Part shown: piece after piece, positions 1-7,038 of the stretch | Layout: every line of letters begins with the position of its first letter | How positions within the stretch are numbered: the stretch's first letter is position 1 | Source of the DNA: a virus | Taxonomy: Duplodnaviria; Heunggongvirae; Uroviricota; Caudoviricetes | Strand: one strand, 5' to 3' | DNA length: 14,864 bases | IMG/VR virus record: IMGVR_UViG_2703718837_000007 | Position numbers and translations under genes: made by a program | Notes under the pieces: model-generated | Seen by the model: only the letters and a program-made list of their open reading frames with translations | What the model was told of the DNA's origin: nothing | Databases searched by the model: none

Positions 1-90
1 ATATAGGGGCAAATCCACATAATCACCAGACCATCCACGCATTGTTTTTTCTTTTGCAATATTTCCAGAACCGCATTTTGGACAAGACAT
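1..90 (-). CDS. 5'-proximal fragment (first 30 codons) of a hypothetical protein with a CPKCG zinc-ribbon-like motif; continues past the window start
   Basis: Minus-strand ATG at 90..88 with GGAGG 7 nt upstream; frame open to window edge (MSCPKCGSGNIAKEKTMRGWSGDYVDLPLY...). Absent from the ORF track because it is cut by the window. Confidence 0.3.
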   Translation of the reverse strand, partial: MSCPKCGSGNIAKEKTMRGWSGDYVDLPLY

Positions 91-186
91 ATCACTACCT
101 CCAAAGCATGAGTGAGATGACAACGTAACATTGATTGGAGATTAACAATAGATTGCTGATGTAAAAGATATGTATAAGCTTCGCTT

Positions 187-816
187 TCAAAGTGGAGGCT
201 CTGGTAGCGGCATCCAGTGAGTTACGTCATCCAAGATATATCCTGATAAATACGTGAAAGCTCTATATTTTTTGTAATCAATTGGATTTATAACCCAGTT
301 CCAATATGCGGCCACGATTTTACCTTGACTAAATGCCAGTAACATTTTGGTGTCTTCCGGCATTCGATCACTACAGCTTATCCAACCATCCGGAGTTACC
401 GGAGAGTTGCCGGGTTCTTTAATGTGCAAGCGAGGCTCACCATCTTTTGGCTCAGGCCACTGGCGCTCCATGTTGATCTTCAATTTATTTTCCATAGCAG
501 CGGTAATTTCAGCATCACTGATACCAGCACGGCGCTGTGCATCCCACAACAGGAACTGCATATCAGCCCACTCGCTGAGATCGTCAGGTTCGGCTGCGGC
601 TTCCAGTGCCTCTTTTGAGAGGTGTTTCAGTGGACCAATGGGGCCAACGCAGCCAAATGTGGAGTCAGACCATTTGGCATGCTCGTGGCGAATCTGTTCG
701 CGTTCCAGTGATGCCAGTGCAATTCGTGCCAGTTCCATTTGTTCGCCACGAGTAAGTCCGTTATCAAGCGGATTTTTAATGAATAATTTGATACGTTCTT
801 TGGTTATAGCGCTCAT
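187..816 (-). CDS. Phage Ead/Ea22-like protein with C-terminal DUF551-type domain (209 aa)
   Basis: ORF track 187..858; preferred start is the ATG at 816..814, one nt after the upstream TGA and preceded by GGAG. C-terminus ...DGWISCSDRMPED...VTHWMPLPEPPL matches the DUF551 signature as I recall it from enterobacterial prophage proteins. Confidence 0.6.
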   Translation of the reverse strand: MSAITKERIKLFIKNPLDNGLTRGEQMELARIALASLEREQIRHEHAKWSDSTFGCVGPIGPLKHLSKEALEAAAEPDDLSEWADMQFLLWDAQRRAGISDAEITAAMENKLKINMERQWPEPKDGEPRLHIKEPGNSPVTPDGWISCSDRMPEDTKMLLAFSQGKIVAAYWNWVINPIDYKKYRAFTYLSGYILDDVTHWMPLPEPPL

Positions 817-817
817 A

Positions 818-1225
818 TCACTCTCCTTTGATGCGAATGCCAGTAGCGCGGATTGCATCGATGACTTCAGAAACTTTGTATGCCATTACCGTTTGGTAAT
901 CATCGTGAAAATCTGTTCGATGAAGCATGCTGCTACGTTCCGGGAGCAGTATTTCCCGCGCTTTCAGTTCTGCAATGCGCTTTTTTGCTGCTTCCAGTTC
1001 ATCCAGTAATTCCAGCACGGTAGCCGGATTAGCCTTGGCAACAAAATCCCGGACTTGCTTACAATCAATCTCCGCAATGGGTTGATACGATGTGTAGCCA
1101 TGCTGTCTTGTATAACTACCGTGACGAATAACGAAAAAATCACCATTTATTTTTTTAGCCTGCCACTTATCTTCACCGGCTTTCTCTGCCGCTTCACGCA
1201 GTGCCTGATAGTCAATCTTGTTCAT
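818..1225 (-). CDS. Hypothetical phage early protein, possibly Ead/Ea22-like (135 aa)
   Basis: ATG at 1225..1223 lies 1 nt after the upstream TGA, with GGGTG upstream. N-terminus MNKIDYQALREAAEKAGEDKWQA resembles Ea22-like N-termini (recalled, not verified); central coiled-coil-like stretch. Confidence 0.5.
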   Translation of the reverse strand: MNKIDYQALREAAEKAGEDKWQAKKINGDFFVIRHGSYTRQHGYTSYQPIAEIDCKQVRDFVAKANPATVLELLDELEAAKKRIAELKAREILLPERSSMLHRTDFHDDYQTVMAYKVSEVIDAIRATGIRIKGE

Positions 1226-1226
1226 A

Positions 1227-1526
1227 TCACATCACCCTGAAGCCGTTGCATTTACGTAAAAAATCGCAGATATAGCCCTTCATTTTTTCGTGCCAATCTC
1301 GATCATTCCCATTGCACCAACCATCAGGTGGAGTCCAGTTTTCTATCAGAGCAGCCATTTTCTTTGCTTTCGCCGGAGTAGCTGTTGCGGTATCGCAGTA
1401 ATGACGAGTGTCAACCAACGCATCCATACCATCGATATCAAGTACGCAAAACCATGTGTGATTCGGAATTCCTACAGGTGGTATTTGTTGCCCACGTCGA
1501 CGTTTATCAATAAGATATACACTCAC
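1227..1526 (-). CDS. Hypothetical protein (99 aa), GTG start
   Basis: The track shows a 163-aa ORF (1227..1718) whose 5' part overlaps Lar in another frame. An internal GTG at 1526..1524 is preceded by AAGGAGG with a 6-nt spacer, giving VSVYLIDKRRRGQQ...CNGFRVM. No family recognised. Confidence 0.45.
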   Translation of the reverse strand: MSVYLIDKRRRGQQIPPVGIPNHTWFCVLDIDGMDALVDTRHYCDTATATPAKAKKMAALIENWTPPDGWCNGNDRDWHEKMKGYICDFLRKCNGFRVM

Positions 1527-1746
1527 TGTTTGCCTCCTTTGCTCGCTGATTCCACTCTGCTCTAACCTCTGAATAAAAAATCGCGCAGTCATTTCCAGGC
1601 GCTGCATATTTGCTACCAGATTGAGCGCGACACGTACCGCATCGAACGAAATAGAATCGACCGCCAGAGCCATATTCAGGGTGATCTGCTTCGCTGGCAA
1701 CGTGCGCTGCACCGCCACAGAATGGACATGGTAGTAGGTTGCTCAT
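1507..1746 (-). CDS. Lar-family restriction alleviation protein (79 aa)
   Basis: [12 protein letters not shown]...FVRCGTCRAQ: CPFCGG plus CxxC spacing typical of Lar-family small zinc-binding proteins. Start ATG 1746..1744 overlaps the upstream TGA as ATGA (translational coupling); the track ORF 1507..1779 carries an 11-codon N-terminal extension that I reject. Confidence 0.6.
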   Translation of the reverse strand: MSNLLPCPFCGGAAHVASEADHPEYGSGGRFYFVRCGTCRAQSGSKYAAPGNDCAIFYSEVRAEWNQRAKEANSECISY

Positions 1747-2303
1747 GAATGCACTCCCTTGTGAAGCTGTTCCGCACAATGCAGCAGGGCGTCAGTCGCC
1801 TCTTTCACCGTAACGCAGTCGCCATCGTCCAGCCCGGACACCGACGCGTGCTTAACGAACGCCGCGCAAAGGTCATCAAACGCCTTAGCCCGGACTTCAG
1901 CCAGGAAAGCATCGGTGGCTGGGGTGTCAACACGGATGCTGTCGCGCAAGATGAAAAATGCATTGAGCATTCCAGTCTCTGGCACTTCATCCTGATGCTT
2001 CTCATACGCATCAAGAGCCTTCATCATCTCATGTCCGAATGGTTGAGGGTGCGCAGCCTTCAGCCCAGCATTCTCCGCCGCCAGCACTGAAAACTTCTCG
2101 TGTGCCAACTTAACAGCCGAATCAGCCTGCTTAATTGACTCAATCGCTCTCTGTTGGTCTTCGGACAGAGCCGAAATCTTGGCCTCCGCTTCAGCAAATT
2201 TACGCACCAGATATTCAGCGTTTGTTTCGTTAACCTTTAAATCTCGTGGAATGCATTTACCTTTCAGAAATCCATCCATCTCAATTAGTGTCATTTGTTT
2301 CAT
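1743..2303 (-). CDS. Hypothetical phage early protein, coiled-coil N-terminal half (186 aa)
   Basis: ORF track 1743..2321 starts on GTG; the ATG at 2303..2301 overlaps the upstream TGA as ATGA and has GGAG/GGGAAG upstream. No family recognised with confidence. Confidence 0.5.
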   Translation of the reverse strand: MKQMTLIEMDGFLKGKCIPRDLKVNETNAEYLVRKFAEAEAKISALSEDQQRAIESIKQADSAVKLAHEKFSVLAAENAGLKAAHPQPFGHEMMKALDAYEKHQDEVPETGMLNAFFILRDSIRVDTPATDAFLAEVRAKAFDDLCAAFVKHASVSGLDDGDCVTVKEATDALLHCAEQLHKGVHS

Positions 2304-2464
2304 TTCTTCCCACTCCGCCACATCGCATTCAGATATTTGTTTTGATTCACTGATGGAAAAGAATTTCTCTTAAGCAATTCCTCTCTCGATGGCATTGGCT
2401 TTACGCGTTGGCGAATAATCATTTCTGCCGGAAGAATTCCGGGATTGTATGCAAGTCCTCTCAT
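2300..2464 (-). CDS. Small hypothetical protein (54 aa)
   Basis: Track ORF 2300..2614 overlaps the upstream gene; the internal ATG at 2464..2462 has GAGGAA 7 nt upstream ([20 protein letters not shown]...). An alternative start at 2482 lacks an SD. Confidence 0.3.
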   Translation of the reverse strand: MRGLAYNPGILPAEMIIRQRVKPMPSREELLKRNSFPSVNQNKYLNAMWRSGKK

Positions 2465-2474
2465 GGTAAATTCC

Positions 2475-2768
2475 TCAGTCATTACTGATAGCGCCATAGC
2501 GTGATCGGTAATTACGCAGGCGCGGGTCAATTTCATGGAAGTGGGTATATGTGGCTTTGCGGAATGGTCGGATTGATGTCTGGTAAATTCGCTCGCGTTC
2601 TTCTTTCTCTGCAAGCCATATACAGTGGCGAAATTCCTTTTCCTCTTTCGTTTCCTGCGGTAGAGACATTATTCGATCGTAGTTTTTTCTGAATTTATCC
2701 AGCACCTCCGATACGGAATTGCCGGAACAGCGGCGCGCGTCGTCCGCACCATACAGAGGCGCTGGCAT
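2475..2768 (-). CDS. Hypothetical protein (97 aa)
   Basis: ATG at 2768..2766 with AGGAGA 6 nt upstream, lying just downstream of the exonuclease stop. No family recognised. Confidence 0.45.
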   Translation of the reverse strand: MPAPLYGADDARRCSGNSVSEVLDKFRKNYDRIMSLPQETKEEKEFRHCIWLAEKEERERIYQTSIRPFRKATYTHFHEIDPRLRNYRSRYGAISND

Positions 2769-2784
2769 GGTTTTCTCCTGTTGA

Positions 2785-3192
2785 TTATTTAGCTAACTTT
2801 TTCCAGATCGCTGAAACGTATTTGGCTTGGTGGATGGCATCATCAAGCGCGTTGTGGCGAGTTCCTTTGAATGGCATATCTCGCTTAGGATCGAATCCTA
2901 TTACCTTCCCAAGTTCGACGATTGTTCTTACGTCGCGGTCATTCCACCACTGCCACGGAACTGGCTGCCCTGTCAGCGAATAACTGTTGCGGAGAATAAC
3001 GCAGTCAAATGATGCTCCATTCCCCCAAACCTGAACGAGTTTGTGGTTGGCGTTCTTTATGATGAATTCAGATAACCATGAAAGAGCCGTTGAAAGCTCT
3101 TGAGTGTTGCTGGTTAGCGATTTTCTGGCTTCTTCACTCTGTTCCAGCCACCATAAAATCGTTGAAGCGTCAGGACGCGCCCGATATCGCAT
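2785..3192 (-). CDS. DnaQ-like (DEDDh) 3'-5' exonuclease domain protein lacking the N-terminal Exo I motif; possibly 5'-truncated (135 aa)
   Basis: Exo II-like [12 protein letters not shown] and Exo III-like [14 protein letters not shown] are present, but no DxE Exo I motif. In-frame stop 112 nt upstream of the ATG (3304..3306), no good SD, and no alternative frame upstream encodes a recognisable Exo I segment. Confidence 0.55.
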   Translation of the reverse strand: MRYRARPDASTILWWLEQSEEARKSLTSNTQELSTALSWLSEFIIKNANHKLVQVWGNGASFDCVILRNSYSLTGQPVPWQWWNDRDVRTIVELGKVIGFDPKRDMPFKGTRHNALDDAIHQAKYVSAIWKKLAK

Positions 3193-3281
3193 TGATGACT
3201 CAAGCGAGATATTTACCGAGAACTCTTCTCCTGTTTCTCCGGTATTGGTCAGGGTGTCAGATTTACCGACAGGAGGTACGA

Positions 3282-3458
3282 ATGAGACGACAGCGACGAA
3301 GTATCACCGACATCATCTGCGAAAACTGCAAATACCTTCCAACGAAACGCTCCAGAAATAAACGCAAGCCAATCCCAAAAGAATCTGACGTAAAAACCTT
3401 CAACTACACGGCTCACCTGTGGGATATCCGGTGGCTAAGACATCGTGCGAGGAAATGA
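3282..3458 (+). CDS. Candidate small, highly basic ORF (58 aa); uncertain
   Basis: ATG at 3282 preceded by AGGAGG with a 5-nt spacer; [30 protein letters not shown]... Lies in the putative deletion-junction region and overlaps the start of the gp10-like remnant frame; could be chance. Confidence 0.2.
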   Translation: MRRQRRSITDIICENCKYLPTKRSRNKRKPIPKESDVKTFNYTAHLWDIRWLRHRARK

Positions 3459-3696
3459 CAATGCTTTTAATTCAACCTGGATTGCGCAGTACGCCGACCG
3501 CCTGTTCCTCTCTGCAACCACTGACGGCATAAATTACGGGCGTGAGCAGATGATTGAGCAGAATGAACCGTTCGTTTACGACAAACGCGTTTTGTGGAAG
3601 CGAGTCGGGCGCATCAGGAAAAATGTCGGCTTCAAATTGCGCGTTATCACGAAGTCACCTGTCACTCTGTCTGGCGCTAAGATAAGGATTGAGTAA
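3439..3696 (+). pseudogene. Probable 3'-terminal remnant (about 85 codons) of a gp10-like tail hub / head-completion gene
   Basis: Frame opens after the TAA at 3436..3438 and ends in a TAATG overlap with the needle gene, as gene 10 precedes gene 26 in P22. Assigned by synteny only; P22 gp10 is about 470 aa, so at most the C-terminal fifth is present. The sequence itself was not recognised. Confidence 0.35.
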
Positions 3697-4544
3697 TGGC
3701 GGATTCGAATCTCAATGTGCCGGTAATCATTCAGGCTACACGGCTCGACACATCAGTCCTTCCACGCAATATCTTTTCGCAGTCGTATCTGCTTTACGTT
3801 ATCGCACAGGGTACTGATGTTGGTAACGTGGCTAACAAGGCCAACGAGGCCGGACAGGGCGCTTATGATGCACAGGTCAGGAACGATGAGCAGGATGTGA
3901 TTCTCGCTGACCATGAGCAGCGAATTTCTGCTGCGGAAGCAACGCTTGTTAATCATGAGGAGCGAATCAGCCAGGCAGAATCAACTCTTCAGGAACATGA
4001 AACGCGAATCGCTCAGAATGAAAGCGATATTGCGTCTCTTGATACCAGAGTTCAGTCGCTGGAGTCGCAGGTTTCAGACCATGAAACGCGCATCGATGCT
4101 CTTGAGTATGCCACTACTCGCAAGAAGTCAGAGGTTGTTTACTCTGGCGTATCTGTAACCATCCCGACAGCGCCGACCAACCTTGTTAGCCTGCTGAAAA
4201 CGCTCACGCCGTCATCCGGCACGTTGGCACCATTCTTCGACACCGTTAACAACAAGATGGTTGTGTTCAACGAGAACAAAACACTGCTCTTCAAGCTGTC
4301 GATTGTCGGCACGTGGCCCAGCGGAACCGCCAACAGGTCAATGCAGCTAACCTTTTCCGGCTCTGTTCCTGACACACTGGTAAGCAGCCGCAACTCGGCG
4401 ACAACAACCGATAACATCTTGTTAGCTACGTTCTTCAGCGTGGATAAAGACGGCTTTCTTGCCACAAATGGCAGCACGTTAACCATTCAGTCAAATGGGG
4501 CGGCGTTTACTGCCACAACCATCAAGATAATCGCGGAGCAGTAA
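3696..4544 (+). CDS. Tail needle (P22 gp26 family), 282 aa, with a C-terminal globular domain unlike P22's
   Basis: N-terminus [43 protein letters not shown]...[16 protein letters not shown] closely matches the recalled P22 gp26 N-terminus, followed by HExRI coiled-coil repeats. The C-terminal 140 aa or so differ from P22. Confidence 0.9.
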   Translation: MADSNLNVPVIIQATRLDTSVLPRNIFSQSYLLYVIAQGTDVGNVANKANEAGQGAYDAQVRNDEQDVILADHEQRISAAEATLVNHEERISQAESTLQEHETRIAQNESDIASLDTRVQSLESQVSDHETRIDALEYATTRKKSEVVYSGVSVTIPTAPTNLVSLLKTLTPSSGTLAPFFDTVNNKMVVFNENKTLLFKLSIVGTWPSGTANRSMQLTFSGSVPDTLVSSRNSATTTDNILLATFFSVDKDGFLATNGSTLTIQSNGAAFTATTIKIIAEQ

Positions 4545-4999
4545 TGATTCAGTTCAAACCAACGCGAAACATCGACCTGATCGAAGCAGTCGGAAATCAC
4601 CCTGACATTATTGCCGGAAGCAACAACGGTGATGGATACGACTACAAGCCTGAATGCCGTTACTTTGAGGTTAACGTGCACGGTCAGTTTGGCGGCATTG
4701 TTTACTATCAGGAAATTCAGCCGCTTACATTCGATTGCCACGCCATGTACCTGCCAGAGGTTCGTGGATTCAGCAAGGAAATCGGACTGGAGTTCTGGCG
4801 ATACATTCTGACTAACACCACTGTTCAGTGTGTCACATCGTTCGCTGCGCGCAAATTCCGCCACGGGCAGATGTACTGCGCAATGATTGGCCTTAATCGT
4901 GTAGGAACCATCAAGAAATACTTCAAAGGCGTGGATGACGTGACATTTTACAGTGCTACACGCGAAGAACTAATCGAATTCCTGAATCACGGGAGATAG
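4544..4999 (+). CDS. gp14-like protein (P22 gene 14 position), 151 aa
   Basis: TAATG overlap with the needle gene; position between the gene-26 and gene-7 homologues. Assigned mainly by synteny. Confidence 0.55.
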   Translation: MIQFKPTRNIDLIEAVGNHPDIIAGSNNGDGYDYKPECRYFEVNVHGQFGGIVYYQEIQPLTFDCHAMYLPEVRGFSKEIGLEFWRYILTNTTVQCVTSFAARKFRHGQMYCAMIGLNRVGTIKKYFKGVDDVTFYSATREELIEFLNHGR

Positions 5000-5001
5000 C
5001 C

Positions 5002-5697
5002 ATGTTATATGTATTTAAGCTGGGCAGAAAACTGCGCGGCGAGGAACCTTATTGCCCTGAAAAAGGCGGGAAAGGTGGCAGTTCTGATAAAAGCGCAAAG
5101 TATGCCGCAGAAGCTCAGAAGTATGCAGCAGACCTGCAAAATCAGCAGTGGCAGACGATCATGAAAAACCTTGCTCCGTTCACGCCGCTTGCGGAGCAGT
5201 ATGTTAACCAGCTTCAGAACCTTTCCAGTTTAGAAGGTCAGGGGCAGGCACTTAATCAGTATTACAACTCTCAGCAGTATAAAGACCTTGCAGGTCAGGC
5301 TCGTTACCAGAGTCTTGCTGCTGCGGAGGCGACGGGTGGACTTGGTTCGACAGCCACAAGCAATCAACTGGCTACGATCGCGCCGACACTCGGTCAGTCT
5401 TGGTTATCAAATCAGATGAGCAATTACAACAATCTGGCAAACGTTGGGCTTGGTGCGCTGCAAGGTCAGGCAAACGCCGGGCAGACGTACGCCAACAACA
5501 TGAGCAGCATTGCACAGCAAAGCGCAGCACTTGCCGCTGCTAACGCCAATAAACCATCAGGCCTTCAGACAGCAATTAGCGGCGGAGCTTCAGGGGCTAT
5601 GACTGGCGCTGCTCTTGGCTCTATTGTTCCCGGACTTGGCACTGGATTAGGTGCGGCAATTGGCGGCGGACTTGGCCTGCTTGGATCGTTGTTTTAA
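5002..5697 (+). CDS. Ejection (E) protein, P22 gp7 family, 231 aa
   Basis: N-terminus MLYVFKLGRKLRGEEPYCPEKGGKGG resembles recalled gp7; Gly/Ala-rich C-terminus; GGGAGA SD; length close to P22 gp7 (229 aa); correct synteny. Confidence 0.75.
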   Translation: MLYVFKLGRKLRGEEPYCPEKGGKGGSSDKSAKYAAEAQKYAADLQNQQWQTIMKNLAPFTPLAEQYVNQLQNLSSLEGQGQALNQYYNSQQYKDLAGQARYQSLAAAEATGGLGSTATSNQLATIAPTLGQSWLSNQMSNYNNLANVGLGALQGQANAGQTYANNMSSIAQQSAALAAANANKPSGLQTAISGGASGAMTGAALGSIVPGLGTGLGAAIGGGLGLLGSLF

Positions 5698-5706
5698 GGG
5701 GTAATC

Positions 5707-7038
5707 ATGGCTACTTGGCAGGGAACAAATGGCGGATTGTTGGCTGGTATCGGTGGTATCAACTCAAACGCTCCGAGCGTAAATGACATCGGCAACACGC
5801 TTCAGCTTATCAGGCAGAACAATGATATTGAGCGTTCAGGCGCTAACAATGTTGGGCTGACAGCTTTGCAAGGTCTTTCTGGTATTGCGGGGGTGTTTCA
5901 GCAGGAAAAGCAGGCTCAGCGGCAGAAAGAATTTCAGCAGGCGTACGCTAATGCTTATGCGTCTGGTGATCGCGGTGCTTTGCGTCAGTTGGCTACTCAA
6001 TATCCAGACCAGATTGAATCCGTTCGTAAAGGCATGGGATTCATTGATGAAGAGCAGCGTAATTCTATCGGCACCTTAGCTGCTGGCGCACGCCTTGCGT
6101 CATCGTCTCCAGAAGCAATGCAATCATGGCTGCAAAACAACGCCGGTGAGTTAGCTCGTGTTGGCGTTAATCCTCATGACGTCGCTCAGATGTACCAACA
6201 GAACCCGCGGCAGTTCGGCGAATTTGTCGATCACCTGGGGATGAACAGTCTCGGGCCCGAAAAATACTTTGACCTACAGGATAAAATGCAGGGTCGCCAG
6301 GTTACCATGCGCGGTCAGGATCTGGATTCGCAAACCGCCGCTCGGAATCAGGCAATCACAATGCGCGGACAAGATATCCAGGCGAATTTAGGTCAGCAGC
6401 GCATTAATCTGGACGCAGAAACAAACCGCATTAACAACGAAAATAAGCGCCTTGACCGGATGCTATCAGCAGAAACTAACGACCTGAAGCGCCAGGAAAT
6501 ACAGAGCCGCATAGCAGCCAACAACCAGCAGTTGCAGCAGAAGCAGCAAGCGCTAAATGATGGCTACAAAGACGGCATCAACACCCTCACAACCAGCATG
6601 TTCACTCTGAACGATATCGTTAGCTCTCCTTCACTTAAGAGCATTACAGGCTTACGTGGAGTAATCCCCAACGTTCCAGGCTCACAGGCTGCAGACACTC
6701 AGGCACGACTTGATACCTTTAAATCACAAGCATACCTGACAGCGGTTCAGGCCATGCGAGGCATGGGCGCACTTTCTGATGCCGAGGGCAAAAAGCTCGA
6801 CCAGGCTGTTGGTTCGCTGCAGAACTCGCAGAGCGAGGAGTCCTTTCGTCGCAACGCTGGCGTCATCCTGAACACGCTCAACCAGAAGCGTAATGAGGCG
6901 GTTGGTAAGTACGTTCAGCAAAACGGTATCAAGCGAGTGGAAGCGCCTCAGGCTTCTATAGATTACCTGAAGCAGCCCCCCGAGCTGTCAATCGACTTCA
7001 TTAATCGCTACGGATATCTTCCATCTTTGGGGCAGTAA
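5707..7038 (+). CDS. Ejection (E) protein, gp20-like, 443 aa
   Basis: AAGGGG SD; follows the gp7-like gene and precedes the gp16-like gene with a TAAATG junction; Q/N-rich coiled-coil-like sequence with repeated TMRGQD motif. Assigned by synteny and size. Confidence 0.65.
   Translation: MATWQGTNGGLLAGIGGINSNAPSVNDIGNTLQLIRQNNDIERSGANNVGLTALQGLSGIAGVFQQEKQAQRQKEFQQAYANAYASGDRGALRQLATQYPDQIESVRKGMGFIDEEQRNSIGTLAAGARLASSSPEAMQSWLQNNAGELARVGVNPHDVAQMYQQNPRQFGEFVDHLGMNSLGPEKYFDLQDKMQGRQVTMRGQDLDSQTAARNQAITMRGQDIQANLGQQRINLDAETNRINNENKRLDRMLSAETNDLKRQEIQSRIAANNQQLQQKQQALNDGYKDGINTLTTSMFTLNDIVSSPSLKSITGLRGVIPNVPGSQAADTQARLDTFKSQAYLTAVQAMRGMGALSDAEGKKLDQAVGSLQNSQSEESFRRNAGVILNTLNQKRNEAVGKYVQQNGIKRVEAPQASIDYLKQPPELSIDFINRYGYLPSLGQ

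Noticed and set aside
347-1009. 220-aa plus-strand ORF (and nested 424..618 ORF) overlapping the DUF551 and Ea22-like genes
   Set aside because: Antisense shadow of two well-supported, coupled minus-strand genes; Ser/Cys/Ala-rich low-complexity translation and no ribosome-binding site.
1227-1718. 163-aa minus-strand ORF taken as one gene
   Set aside because: Its first 64 codons overlap the Lar coding sequence out of frame; an internal GTG with a strong SD gives a compact, non-overlapping gene.
3078-3458. 126-aa plus-strand ORF
   Set aside because: Its 5' third is antisense to the exonuclease gene; only the 3' part from the ATG at 3282 has an RBS and is kept as a low-confidence candidate.
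3900-4130. Tandem HE(T/Q)RI repeats in the needle gene as a DNA-level repeat element
   Set aside because: They encode the trimeric coiled-coil repeats of the gp26 shaft, so are protein-structural rather than a separate genetic element.
4139-4864. Two minus-strand ORFs (115 and 125 aa) antisense to the needle and gp14-like genes
   Set aside because: Fully embedded opposite well-supported late genes, with no RBS and no recognisable domains.
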